DNA from: an uncultured Thermoplasmatales archaeon
Lineage (GTDB): Archaea > Thermoplasmatota > E2 > UBA202 > DSCA01
Direction: 5' to 3'
DNA: 64,000 nucleotides
NCBI GenBank assembly: GCA_964606745.1
Contig: CAZSHJ010000002.1
Coordinates: 2,629-66,628 of the forward strand
A model generated the notes under the pieces. It was not told the origin of the DNA. It was given only the letters and a program-made list of their open reading frames with translations, and ran no database searches. This document shows, piece by piece, positions 38,365 to 48,538 of this stretch. A program made the translations under genes and the position numbers. Within the stretch, counting starts at the first letter, position 1; each line of letters starts with the position of its first letter.

Positions 38365-39616
38365 CCTGCCTCACACTTGCAACCGGATAGAGTGCTGCCA
38401 TCATCACACCGAGAACAACAAGTGCAATACCGACCCCGTATAAATCGGCTGTATATCCTATCAATGGGGCAAGTATGGCAGCAACAAGAGTTTTCATCAG
38501 CGATTCAATACTCAGTCCCGAAGCCATAGTCTCGCTGGATATCCGGTTGCTTATGTAGCTCACATTCATCGGTCTGCGGACATTTTTGAGCAAATACAAT
38601 GCAATAAAAAGGGATATCAATACCATGATAATGAAGTTAATTCCCGTTCGTTCCATGGCTAAAAGAAAAATTCCCGTCATAGATGTGATTAGTATCCCTC
38701 CGGCGAGCGTTGCATTTATGGCAAGGGATAGATTGCCTGTTCTCTTAATCAGCTTGTAGGAATTCTTCGATGCAAGGCTGGTGAGCAGATATATGAAGAA
38801 ATATGTTATGCCCACCACGACTGCAGTTCTTTCTTTCCCGGTCAGAAAGAGCATCACCGGCAGGGAAATTGCAAATGACTTGAGTATCGGCTGGAGATAA
38901 TTTTTGGATACCTCGAAGGACCCATCGAAAAGTGACGAATTTGCCATGCCCCTCAGGGCATTCCTGTTTCTTAACATCCCGGCAAATGCCTTCAGCGTTC
39001 CACGCATCTGTTTGCCCATGCCAGTCCTGTTCCTGTTATGCATCCCGTCCAGTTCTGCTGGGTAAGTCCCGACATTCAATATGTCTATGCCATAAGGAAT
39101 TATCGCTATGAGAAAAATTATTGCATAGTTTCCGGTGTGGAACACTATGGCTGCGGCTATGAGAGAGTTGACGGCGGAACCGAATTGGGATGCTGCCCTT
39201 GTATGTCCATAGTATTCCACTTTTTTACCCTGCATGCTGTTTATCTGGAGATATTCCATTATCATTGCTTTGTGCGTTCCCGTCCTGAAAGCGTCTCCGA
39301 GTGCATAAAGAATCATTGCCATGGCAAAGATGTAGAAGTCCCTGAAGATGAAGAATAGGGCAAATGACATGATGTATGACAAAAAAGACATAACCATGGA
39401 CCTTTTCCTTCCGAATGAGTCGGCATATATTCCGGTAGGTAGTTCAAGAACGGTCGTGGACATCATGCGTATTGATATAAGAACGCCTATCATGGCATAG
39501 GAAAGGCCGATTGATAGGAAGTAAAGAATGATGAAGGGTTCGTAAAATTTGAGGTTTTTTAGGAAACCGTACAAAGCAAATCTGTAGAACATGCGGTCAC
39601 GGTATATTTCGTTCAC
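38357..39616 (-). CDS. MFS transporter
   Basis: 419 aa, ~12 TM segments. MFS loop motif region GRKRSM after TM2. Confidence 0.8.
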   Translation of the reverse strand: MNEIYRDRMFYRFALYGFLKNLKFYEPFIILYFLSIGLSYAMIGVLISIRMMSTTVLELPTGIYADSFGRKRSMVMSFLSYIMSFALFFIFRDFYIFAMAMILYALGDAFRTGTHKAMIMEYLQINSMQGKKVEYYGHTRAASQFGSAVNSLIAAAIVFHTGNYAIIFLIAIIPYGIDILNVGTYPAELDGMHNRNRTGMGKQMRGTLKAFAGMLRNRNALRGMANSSLFDGSFEVSKNYLQPILKSFAISLPVMLFLTGKERTAVVVGITYFFIYLLTSLASKNSYKLIKRTGNLSLAINATLAGGILITSMTGIFLLAMERTGINFIIMVLISLFIALYLLKNVRRPMNVSYISNRISSETMASGLSIESLMKTLVAAILAPLIGYTADLYGVGIALVVLGVMMAALYPVASVRQVA

Positions 39617-39841
39617 AACAATGAATGACTTTTAGGATATATAGAAATGTCCGATGTACAAAAAGTTGGGAGGCGGGTTCTCCATATTGGGATAAAAAAT
39701 TAATCAAAATGGAGAACCCAATTAGTAAAGCAATTCCGATATATATTGTTTACGCTATGATGCGGTTATCATGTTTTTTTGAGAATACTAAATAATATTC
39801 CGCAAGTTTTAAATTTAGCAGATTGTTAGCAAAGTGGTAAA

Positions 39842-40264
39842 ATGAGCAAACCTATAGGTGTCAGAATCGATGAAAGACAGGAGGAGGTATGGCAAACTTT
39901 CAAAAATTTCGTCGAAAAAAAATATGGGAAGAAACATACCGTCCTTGGAAATGAACTGATAAAGGCATTGCAGATATATCTTGAACTGAACGTAAAATCG
40001 GAGAGAAAAAAACTCGGTAGGGTGGAAACGCAGTTCATCACCCAGAGGGCAGGGGATATCGAGATAAAATCAATAAGGGAGACTTCATACGATTTGCTTA
40101 ATTCCATGATGGCAGCGAGGGGATATATCGGCAACCTCGAATCTACCTATCTGGAGAGGGGCAAGCCAATTCCCGTTGAAGAGTGGGGAAAAATAAACAA
40201 AGTAAAGCAGCAGCTGTCGCATGCACAGGCAATTCTCCAAGAGAGAATAGAAAACATAGGTTAA
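39842..40264 (+). CDS. Hypothetical protein, possible ribbon-helix-helix N-terminus
   Basis: KPIGVRIDERQEEVWQTFKNFVEKKYG...LGNELIKALQIYLE has a beta-strand/helix/helix pattern. Abuts the next gene by 2 nt. Confidence 0.5.
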   Translation: MSKPIGVRIDERQEEVWQTFKNFVEKKYGKKHTVLGNELIKALQIYLELNVKSERKKLGRVETQFITQRAGDIEIKSIRETSYDLLNSMMAARGYIGNLESTYLERGKPIPVEEWGKINKVKQQLSHAQAILQERIENIG

Positions 40265-40265
40265 A

Positions 40266-41333
40266 TTGAAAAAACTCGGTTTTATTGTAAACCCGATTGC
40301 AGGTATGGGCGGATGTGTTGGTTTGAAGGGCACCGATGGCGTGGTGGAGGAGGCAGTAAGGAGAGGGGCAAAGCCCGTGGCTCCTGAAAGGGCAAATTTT
40401 TTTTTATCGTGTCTCAGAAAAGATTTCGAGATTTATACATGTTCGTTTCCCATGGGCAAGGATGTTTTGAAAGAATGTAATATGAACGCATCGGTTGTCT
40501 GTACGCCTTCTTCACCCACAACGGCGGATGATACAAAAAATGCGGTTGCAAATATGAAGCACGTTGATCTAATTCTATTTGTCGGGGGTGACGGTACTGC
40601 AAGGGATGTTATGGAAACGGTTGGCACAGACATGCCTGTACTCGGCATACCATCCGGCGTGAAAATGTACTCTGCTGTCTTTGCCCAGACCCCCCGCCAC
40701 GCCGCCGAGATAGTGAATGAGTTTGCGGATGGTTTGCCGCTGGAGGAAAGGGAGGTTGTGGATATAGACGAGGAGTTATTCAGGAAGGGTAAACTTGGTG
40801 TGTCCGTGAAGGGATATTGCCTCACGCCCGTGCATGAAAGGGTGCAATCGTCAAAGGGATTTTTTTCGGGAGGGACAGCGGCAAAGAAAATTATTGCTAT
40901 GCACGTTGCTGAAAAAATGGATGAAGAAACGATATGCATCATCGGCGGCGGTAGCACAACATGGGAGTTGAAGAAAGCCATCGGGATAGACGGTTCGATT
41001 CTAGGCGTGGATGTGGTAAGGGGAAATAAATTGCTGTGCAGGGATGCGGCGGAGGCGGATATTAAGAAATTGCTGTGCGGGAGAAATAGAATTATTGTTA
41101 GCCCCCTCGGCGGATATGGATTTATATTCGGCAGGGGGAACGAGCAGATAAGCCCCGAAATATTGAGTGCCGTAGGAAAAGAAAATATAGTTGTTATCTC
41201 TACACCGGAAAAACTGGCGACTCTTCGTTCCCTCAAAGTCGATACGGGAGATGATGCCCTGGATAGAAATTTAAAGGGATATATCAGGGTTATTACGGGA
41301 TACGGAGAAAGCAAGTTGATGCGGGTAGAATAA
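40266..41333 (+). CDS. ATP-NAD kinase family protein (COG3199/AcoX-like)
   Basis: LGFIVNPIAGMGG N-terminal motif and LILFVGGDGTARDV (GGDGT) motif. Confidence 0.75.
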   Translation: MKKLGFIVNPIAGMGGCVGLKGTDGVVEEAVRRGAKPVAPERANFFLSCLRKDFEIYTCSFPMGKDVLKECNMNASVVCTPSSPTTADDTKNAVANMKHVDLILFVGGDGTARDVMETVGTDMPVLGIPSGVKMYSAVFAQTPRHAAEIVNEFADGLPLEEREVVDIDEELFRKGKLGVSVKGYCLTPVHERVQSSKGFFSGGTAAKKIIAMHVAEKMDEETICIIGGGSTTWELKKAIGIDGSILGVDVVRGNKLLCRDAAEADIKKLLCGRNRIIVSPLGGYGFIFGRGNEQISPEILSAVGKENIVVISTPEKLATLRSLKVDTGDDALDRNLKGYIRVITGYGESKLMRVE

Positions 41334-41787
41334 ATTTATCTGCCCTAAACTGCATTTTAATTTGTTTATGACACAATTAAAGTAATTTGAACAATAACAT
41401 ATGACGTATGACGCATTAACTGCCATATTTGTCGGGCTTGGCAAAAAGCAATACCCAGAATGGGTCTCTATCTCTGAGGGGCGGAATGCCCCTATTATTT
41501 TTCATTTGTTGAGTTTTGAAGGTGCCGTAAGCTAGGTATTATTGATGATTTGAGTGAATCGGAATAAAATGATACTGAGCATAAAGTGCACACAAATCTC
41601 TTACATCCATTCCATGACCCTCATATCAAAAGAAATACTTGCTACATGTTAGCGTGGTAATGTAAACCAAACTATTAAATATTATTTTTTTATTTTCTTT
41701 ATTGGTTGGGAGAAGTGAAGCCGTGGTTTAGTTAGTAGTAGTCTGGCTTTTTCTGGCAAAATATACAAAAAAGAGGAGGAGAAAAAA

Positions 41788-44700
41788 ATGAAAAAGATAG
41801 GCAAGATTATGATGTGTCTGCTGGTAGCAGCAGTTTTTGTGGTGCCTCTTATACCACTGGAAAATATGGTGGAAGCTAATAATAGTACAGATTATAAATT
41901 GTTAATAATCGGTCCAGACGAATTCGCAGATGAAATGATTATGTTAAGGGATCATAAGGATTCCATTGGTATACCAGCCCTAGTGGTTGGCTTGAAACAA
42001 ATAGATACTATGTGGGGTAATGCTGGTGTTGATGAACCTGAGCAAATTAAAAAATGTATTGAACATTATGAGAAAGAATTTGACATTGAATATGTTTTGC
42101 TAGTCGGTGATTGTGATAAATTCCCTGTGAGATATACTGCCAGCTGCGTTGACTATGCTGATGAACCCGTTGAAATTTTATTTGCAAATACTGATTTGTA
42201 TTACGCTGATTTATATTATGATTCATGGCTCAAACTTTTTGATGATTGGAATTCCAGGAAACAAGGTATTCACATGCAATATTTTGGTGAAGTTTATAAA
42301 AAAGATCCAATAAATTATGATAACTTTGATGGGTTTCCCGATATTGCCGTGGGCAGAATTCCTGCATCAACAGCCAATGAAGTAGAAACATACGTAAAGA
42401 AAGTTATCAACTATGAGCTTAATTATCCCACCAGCAAAAACGTGTTTATAGCCGAAAAGGATGGAGTTGAATCAACTCAGGAAAGCCTTGACCATGCAAA
42501 GGATTTGGCAGAACATTTTAAAAAGAATGGTTTCCTCCCAGAAGTTTACTACTTCGGCGAATTAGAAAAATACAATACTGCTGATAAAATTGTGGCATCA
42601 AATCAAAGGGCTCCTTTGATTAATGGTTATCTATCTATGTCCCTGTTTGCGAGTTTTTGGGGACACGCTTCACCAACAGGATGGAGTTGGTATGATCATC
42701 CAGATCTAAACACGCTGAGCAATAAAGATAATTTACCCATCATATTTTCTAATGGATGTGACATAGCTCGATTTGCCCCAAAAGAAGGGGAGCCATATAT
42801 AGGTATTAATGGAGACGAATGGTGGAGAACTGGTCAGCTTGTGATGTATTATGATTATGATGATCATTCGAATTTGATTACCATACATAGTGATGAAAAA
42901 TATGATAGCACAAAAACTACAGAAATACGATTAGCACAAGGGGATATAGTTGACTCGAATGACAACCAGCAAGAAGCAGTATATGTTGTTGAGACATACG
43001 AGGAAGATATACATAAAGTGGCATTAATGGTTTACCATCATGGATCAAAATTCGAACGCCAAGGTTTTTATCTTAAAAGATTTGAAAATGCATATAATCC
43101 AGATGTTGCCACTGGTAATTTTGATACTGATCCAGAAGATGAGGTTGCTGTTACTTATGAATATGGTAACGGAAACGTCATCATTTCGTTTTATGATTTA
43201 GTTGATGCATATGCTAAAACAACTGGGAAAAAGTATCAAACATTTAGTTGTGTTGGATCCATATTGTTAAATGATTGTTCACATCCACGTGTTACCACAG
43301 GGGATTTTACCTCAGATTCTTCTCAGGATGAACTTGTTGTTTCGGTGATAGATGGTAATGGAAAGCTTGCTATCTTTACATATGAAATTAATAAGGTTCA
43401 TGGGATTGAGTATGCATATCGTCGGATAAGTGATATCAGACTTGATATTACATGGAGAGAATATCTTCCTGAAGATACTTTTGTTCCAATGGTTGCAGCA
43501 GGAAATCTAGATTCTGGAGACCCTAAAGATGAAATAGTTACAACCTTTATTGATGAACAGGAGAGATTAGCTGTTCTCGCATTCGATTTCCTGGGGCCCA
43601 ATAATATAGTTAGAATTGGCGATATTCGACTTGAAGATGCACAGAATGCCGATGTTACAATGGGAGATTTTAATAATGATCAAGTTGATGACATTGTGGT
43701 AACCTTCGAAGATGGACTTGGGAGGGTAGGTATTCACGTATATAATTATAATAATGCACAACCCTCAATTGATAAAAGGTTACAAGAAAGTGGTGATGTT
43801 CGACTCAATGATGCCTCCAATCCAACGGTTTCCGTGGGTAATTTCGATTCAGATTCCTCTAAAGAAATAGCTGTTTTTATGATAGATGGCTCGACTCAGG
43901 GTGCTGTTTTTGTGTACGACTATGTTGGAATAAATAATCTTAAACGGTTAAGTTCTTTTAGGGAAAAGCAGACAATAAACCCTTTTATACCCTTGGATAT
44001 TGTGTGCGGTAATTTTGATCATGAAATAAATATCGATGAAATTGTTACCTATTTTTATCGTTCTGCACATATTCTACCAAATCCTCCTGTTTCTGTTCAG
44101 CCTTCAAAATTTGATGTTGAATCAATGGCGGAAGATTTTCTTGTCAAAAGCAATAATGGGGCAATAGTATTTATAGGCTCTAACACGGGCGCTCAAGAAT
44201 ACGCTACAGACCTTGGCGATCTTTTTTTTGAGGCCTACCTTGACAAAGCCATCGATGTTGTTGGCGATATGTGGAATTATGCGGTTGCTGAGTACTATAA
44301 GGTCCACGATCCTGCAACTATTAAACAGGTAGAAAATTGTTTGGAAGATCCTAATAAAGTATGTTATTATAAATGTACTGAGTTATATCAACCAGCGAAA
44401 TTACATTTTTTTGGTGATCCATCGATAGTGGTGGGGGGATTAACGCAAAATTCTGGATCAACGCAAAATACCGAATTATTTATAACTCATGATACAACAA
44501 TGGCTCCTATTGAATACAACAACGTTACCATAAAAATAATGAATTCTGATATTGTTTTAGATTGCAATGGTGCAACAATTCAGGGAAGAGGCACAGGCTC
44601 TGCAATTGAAATATCAAAGGGAATTAATGATGTTACAATCAAGAATGGCATCATAAAGAATTATAATTACGGAATTCATTGTTCTTCCAATAACAACAAA

Positions 44701-45279
44701 ATACTGAATAATCTTATTACCTCAAACAAATATGGTCTCAACCTCAATAGCTGTGAAGCAAATAAAATTGAGAATAACTCTGTGACTTATAATGAGTATG
44801 GTATGGGTCTATATGATTCTTCAGGTAATTCAATGGTAAACAACATATTGGCTGATAATACCGAAGAAGACATATATTTATCTAATTCTCCAGATAACAC
44901 CATATTTAATAATGCTCAATATAAATCGCCGATAGCGAGCTTTGAGTATTCGCCGAAATCGCCAGTTGAAGTCAACACAACGGTGTTCTTTACTGATACA
45001 TCTGTTGATACTGATGGGATTATCGAAGATTGCACATGGTATTTTGAGGATGGGACGGTCGTCTATGAAACGGCAACTAGTTATACTTTTACCGAGGCTG
45101 GGGAACATTCTGTAACTGTTACGGTTACTGATGATGACGGAGCAACAGCTAGGTATACTGCAACAATCGAGGTGACGAAGGAAGATGTAGATGATAATAC
45201 GCCCGGGTTTACACTCTTGCTGTGTATTGCAGCAATTTTCATCATTATACAGCAAAAGAAGAAGGGAGGTAAAAAATGA
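41788..45279 (+). CDS. Large surface protein: C25 (gingipain-like) peptidase domain with ~450-aa FG-GAP-repeat insertion, beta-helix repeats, PKD domain and PGF-CTERM
   Basis: Signal peptide. C25-like N-terminus (KLLIIGPDEF ... YVLLVGDCDKFPV). His-Gly/Cys motifs FWGHASPTGWSW and IFSNGCDIARF, then GAIVFIGSNTGAQ ~460 aa later. Six FG-GAP-like repeats (TGDFTSDSSQDELVV, MGDFNNDQVDDIVV, VGNFDSDSSKEIAVF ...). NosD-like rungs (NGIIKNYNYGIHCSSNNNKILNN). PKD-like domain. C-terminus TPGFTLLLCIAAIFIIIQQKKKGGKK. Strong RBS aagaggaggag. Confidence 0.8.
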   Translation: MKKIGKIMMCLLVAAVFVVPLIPLENMVEANNSTDYKLLIIGPDEFADEMIMLRDHKDSIGIPALVVGLKQIDTMWGNAGVDEPEQIKKCIEHYEKEFDIEYVLLVGDCDKFPVRYTASCVDYADEPVEILFANTDLYYADLYYDSWLKLFDDWNSRKQGIHMQYFGEVYKKDPINYDNFDGFPDIAVGRIPASTANEVETYVKKVINYELNYPTSKNVFIAEKDGVESTQESLDHAKDLAEHFKKNGFLPEVYYFGELEKYNTADKIVASNQRAPLINGYLSMSLFASFWGHASPTGWSWYDHPDLNTLSNKDNLPIIFSNGCDIARFAPKEGEPYIGINGDEWWRTGQLVMYYDYDDHSNLITIHSDEKYDSTKTTEIRLAQGDIVDSNDNQQEAVYVVETYEEDIHKVALMVYHHGSKFERQGFYLKRFENAYNPDVATGNFDTDPEDEVAVTYEYGNGNVIISFYDLVDAYAKTTGKKYQTFSCVGSILLNDCSHPRVTTGDFTSDSSQDELVVSVIDGNGKLAIFTYEINKVHGIEYAYRRISDIRLDITWREYLPEDTFVPMVAAGNLDSGDPKDEIVTTFIDEQERLAVLAFDFLGPNNIVRIGDIRLEDAQNADVTMGDFNNDQVDDIVVTFEDGLGRVGIHVYNYNNAQPSIDKRLQESGDVRLNDASNPTVSVGNFDSDSSKEIAVFMIDGSTQGAVFVYDYVGINNLKRLSSFREKQTINPFIPLDIVCGNFDHEINIDEIVTYFYRSAHILPNPPVSVQPSKFDVESMAEDFLVKSNNGAIVFIGSNTGAQEYATDLGDLFFEAYLDKAIDVVGDMWNYAVAEYYKVHDPATIKQVENCLEDPNKVCYYKCTELYQPAKLHFFGDPSIVVGGLTQNSGSTQNTELFITHDTTMAPIEYNNVTIKIMNSDIVLDCNGATIQGRGTGSAIEISKGINDVTIKNGIIKNYNYGIHCSSNNNKILNNLITSNKYGLNLNSCEANKIENNSVTYNEYGMGLYDSSGNSMVNNILADNTEEDIYLSNSPDNTIFNNAQYKSPIASFEYSPKSPVEVNTTVFFTDTSVDTDGIIEDCTWYFEDGTVVYETATSYTFTEAGEHSVTVTVTDDDGATARYTATIEVTKEDVDDNTPGFTLLLCIAAIFIIIQQKKKGGKK

Positions 45280-46691
45280 AAATTAAAAGAATCAAAGACA
45301 AATCCGTGCTAATAAAGAAAAAACTGCCGAATGTTATTATCTTTTTTTTGTTGCTTTGCTCCGTATGTACTATTTCGGGGTGCCTTGAAACTACAACGGA
45401 GATTGTGAACATCATGGAGCTTAAAGGCCCTGATTGGCAAGACTATATCGATAAAGAAGTTACTGTTGAAGGTATTTTCGTTAAAGACCCTCTTCCTATG
45501 TTGGTAACTACTCTGGATATAATGAAGACCAATCTCGAATTGCCTGACGAACACTTCATACGTTTATCGGGTGTACCAATTCAAGAAATAACACCAGAAA
45601 AGTATGGGGGCAGAGAACTGCGAGTTAAAGGTGTGATTAAGGTAATTGGTAACGATAATGATACCCACGTTAATTTAACAAAGTCATTAATGGGATTAGA
45701 CGTTGTTTCGTTTGAGTCCATCAGACTAGTGGACGAATATAATCCGGAGATACAGTCAATTGAAATACATCCTGATTCTCATTTTTCTCAGGCAGATAGA
45801 TATGCCATACTATTTAGCGGTGGTGGAAAGCACACTTCAAATCATGTACGGTACTGGAATGATTTAAAATTTATGTATAGTACGTTGGTAAATGAATATA
45901 AGTACTCAGAAGATTTGATAGTGGTTCTCTATGCTGATGGGACTGGCCGCGATAGTCAAATTCCGGTACATTATGCAGCAACACAAACAAATCTAGAAAC
46001 TGTTTTTGGGTTACTACGGGAAAGTTCAACGACTGAAGATCAAATATTTTTTTATACAACGGACCATGGGGGCGGGTTCTGTAAGAATGGAATAATTAGC
46101 ATGGGCAAAGTATACTATATATGTGGCGGTCGCCATGATTCAGATGGGGATGAAGGAATAACGGACACTATTTCCGAATCAGCATATAATCTAGATCTCA
46201 ATGATGACGGATTAATTTCGGGTAGTGTTTCCTGGGATGAAGAACTACGCAGTTGGGGGGGCCACATTATCGATGATTCTTTTGACGGTATGCTTGCCAA
46301 TTTAAACTATAATAAAATGATTATTGTTATGGAGCAGTGTTTCAGCGGAGGTCTTATTGCTGATATGGCACGGAGTGGTAATAACAGAATCATCATGTCG
46401 GCTGCTGGTGAATACGAGCCATCGGAGGCAATGCCACCAGATTATAACTACAACGAGTTCGTCTACTATTTTACTTGTGCCGTTAATAGAGAAACACCTG
46501 CTGGATTATCGGTAAACGCTGATTATGACGGCGATGGTGACATTTCAATGGTTGAGGCTTTCAACTATGCGAGAAACCATAACACGCGTTCAGAGACACC
46601 ATGGTACGAGGATAGCGGTGATGGTGTTCCCCATTCTGGAGAAATGCCATCTCAGGGTGAAGGACTCTTAGGAAGCGATACAACATTGTAA
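45276..46691 (+). CDS. Lipoprotein, clan CD cysteine peptidase, C13 legumain-like
   Basis: Start overlaps the preceding stop (ATGA). Lipobox-like ISGC. QIFFYTTDHGGG and IIVMEQCFSGGL match the legumain FxxDHG / EACESG His/Cys dyad context. Confidence 0.75.
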   Translation: MKIKRIKDKSVLIKKKLPNVIIFFLLLCSVCTISGCLETTTEIVNIMELKGPDWQDYIDKEVTVEGIFVKDPLPMLVTTLDIMKTNLELPDEHFIRLSGVPIQEITPEKYGGRELRVKGVIKVIGNDNDTHVNLTKSLMGLDVVSFESIRLVDEYNPEIQSIEIHPDSHFSQADRYAILFSGGGKHTSNHVRYWNDLKFMYSTLVNEYKYSEDLIVVLYADGTGRDSQIPVHYAATQTNLETVFGLLRESSTTEDQIFFYTTDHGGGFCKNGIISMGKVYYICGGRHDSDGDEGITDTISESAYNLDLNDDGLISGSVSWDEELRSWGGHIIDDSFDGMLANLNYNKMIIVMEQCFSGGLIADMARSGNNRIIMSAAGEYEPSEAMPPDYNYNEFVYYFTCAVNRETPAGLSVNADYDGDGDISMVEAFNYARNHNTRSETPWYEDSGDGVPHSGEMPSQGEGLLGSDTTL

Positions 46692-46860
46692 TGACAACTA
46701 TCTATTTGCTTGGTTACATTTAACTAACCTGTTATAACCTGTGTTGATTCCAACTATGTTCATGTGTGTAGTATAGCTTAGCTATTTGGAAAGGTAGCAA
46801 TCAACTATATTTTTATAGTAATATCTGATATATCTTGAGCGCTGTCAGGAGGTGTAAAAT

Positions 46861-47808
46861 ATGGATAAAGAAAAAAATAATGTAGGTTTTGTGAAAATGT
46901 TGGCAATAGCAGCAGTTATAATAAGCCTAATTGCTCTTGCTGTTGGGGGGTACGCTACGACCGGCGAAGGTTTGCAAGGCCCAGCTGGACCACAGGGACC
47001 GCAGGGCGAAATGGGACCTGCACCCGAGCATGAATGGTCGGGCAGCCAACTTCGCTTCAAAAACCCTGACGGAACTTGGGGGACATTTACAGAACTTATT
47101 GGGCCACAAGGACCGCAAGGTGAGCAAGGTCCACAGGGTCCAGCGGGGGAAGGGGATGGTCATTCACTTGATGCAGTTGATGGCTCTCATTTGGATGTGG
47201 TTTATGTCAATAATCAGGGCAATGTCGGGATTGGAACAATGAGCCCAAGTGCAGAGCTTGACATAACTGGAGATGCCCAGGTAAGCGGCGACTACAAATA
47301 TACAACGGCGAAAACCTACTATCTGAATATCCCACCAATTGCCTTTCATGCTACTGATAGAAATATTAATGTTGATGATGAAAGTTTCGATCTACAGTGG
47401 GAATATAATGGATACATTCGTGGCGATGGTTCCAGCTCTAGTCCTTTTGATGTGGAACTTTGGAGCCCCGTTTACTTACCGGATGGTGCCACTATAACAA
47501 ATGTAACAATCTATTATCAAGATTACGATGCTAGTTACAGTTTGGAAATACGTATGACATTATATGCAAGGATTCATTCTGATATGGGTCATAGGGCAAT
47601 TGTGGATATTGGACCTATTATCACGGGGCTTGCGCCTGGCTTGGAAAAATCCCATAATAATACACCAAGCCAGGAATATAATAAAATAAACAACCAACTC
47701 TATCACTATTACATCCGGCTGTATTTCGAGGCGGGTGATATTAACAACGACGGCTTAGCATTCAACGGCTGTCTCATCGAATATACCATGGACACCATCG
47801 CACCCTAA
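46861..47808 (+). CDS. Membrane-anchored collagen-like protein with globular C-terminal domain
   Basis: N-terminal signal-anchor ([18 protein letters not shown]). Two G-X-Y tracts ([18 protein letters not shown]; [20 protein letters not shown]). ~200-aa C-terminal domain. RBS ggaggtg. Confidence 0.75.
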   Translation: MDKEKNNVGFVKMLAIAAVIISLIALAVGGYATTGEGLQGPAGPQGPQGEMGPAPEHEWSGSQLRFKNPDGTWGTFTELIGPQGPQGEQGPQGPAGEGDGHSLDAVDGSHLDVVYVNNQGNVGIGTMSPSAELDITGDAQVSGDYKYTTAKTYYLNIPPIAFHATDRNINVDDESFDLQWEYNGYIRGDGSSSSPFDVELWSPVYLPDGATITNVTIYYQDYDASYSLEIRMTLYARIHSDMGHRAIVDIGPIITGLAPGLEKSHNNTPSQEYNKINNQLYHYYIRLYFEAGDINNDGLAFNGCLIEYTMDTIAP

Positions 47809-48088
47809 CAATGCATATCTCTCTTTTCCCTGTTTTCACAGGTTGTAGCATAGGGTAGGATTTTATGTTATCCATGGTGTTATTTAGTCCTAATACCCTA
47901 CAGCTTTTTTCTGGCATGATATATGCATTAACCTACTACTCCGGCATTTCCAAAACCATGAAGGAAAAATCACCTGTATCAGTCGTGAGCTTGTTTCCAA
48001 CTGAATCATAGAGAGCTATCCCCAGAAGATCGCCGTGACTTCCGTAACAACCATAGCCGTCATCCATAGTAGTTATCAACTTGATTTT

Positions 48089-48529
48089 TCATATCATATG
48101 CAAAACTTTTTGCATTTTCAAAATATCTCTCTGGTTGGGTCTGCTCTCCTCCGCCTTGCAGAATGGTCTTACCTTTATCACCGCGTTATAATATGCCTTC
48201 AGTCCCCTGCAGTTAAAGCTTCCAAGTATGGAGAAACCTTTTTCTGTCAATCGTTTGGTCAATGCTTTGTCGAAGTTATTAATCAGTGGAAGTTTTTTGC
48301 TTCTGCTTGTGGAAAAAATAAATGTCTTCATTTCTTTAGCATCCAGACCGTCAACGAATTTCAGCAGACTTTTATGGTGCTTACCGTAATATATTCCCGA
48401 GCCGAAACCTATCAAATCATAATCCTTAATATCACCCGGGCTTTTCTCACTTGTTTTGTGAATCTCTGCATAAAGTGTTTCTGACATCGCCCTTGCAATT
48501 TTCTAGGTATTTCCATGATGCACGGGCAT
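48089..48529 (-). pseudogene. Flavodoxin-like protein remnant (N-terminus truncated, TAG at conserved Glu)
   Basis: ORF 48089..48487 holds only the C-terminal half (DLIGFGSGIYYG). Upstream in frame reads MPVHHGNT-TAG-KIARAMSE, matching YHSxxGNTEKMAEA with GAG>TAG. The stretch is capped by the stop of the adjacent gene. Confidence 0.45.
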
Positions 48530-48538
48530 ATAAAACAA

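Noticed and set aside
40433-41314. 293-aa minus-strand ORF, Ser/Pro-rich
   Set aside because: Antisense to the ATP-NAD-kinase-family gene, which has GGDGT and other motifs. Low-complexity shadow ORF.
47809-48088. Possible small minus-strand ORF (44 aa, MDDGYGCYGSHGDLLGIALYDSVGNKL...) downstream of the collagen-like gene
   Set aside because: Too short and unsupported by any motif, though it has a faint FG-GAP-like look. Could be a fragment related to the neighbouring island, but I cannot substantiate it.
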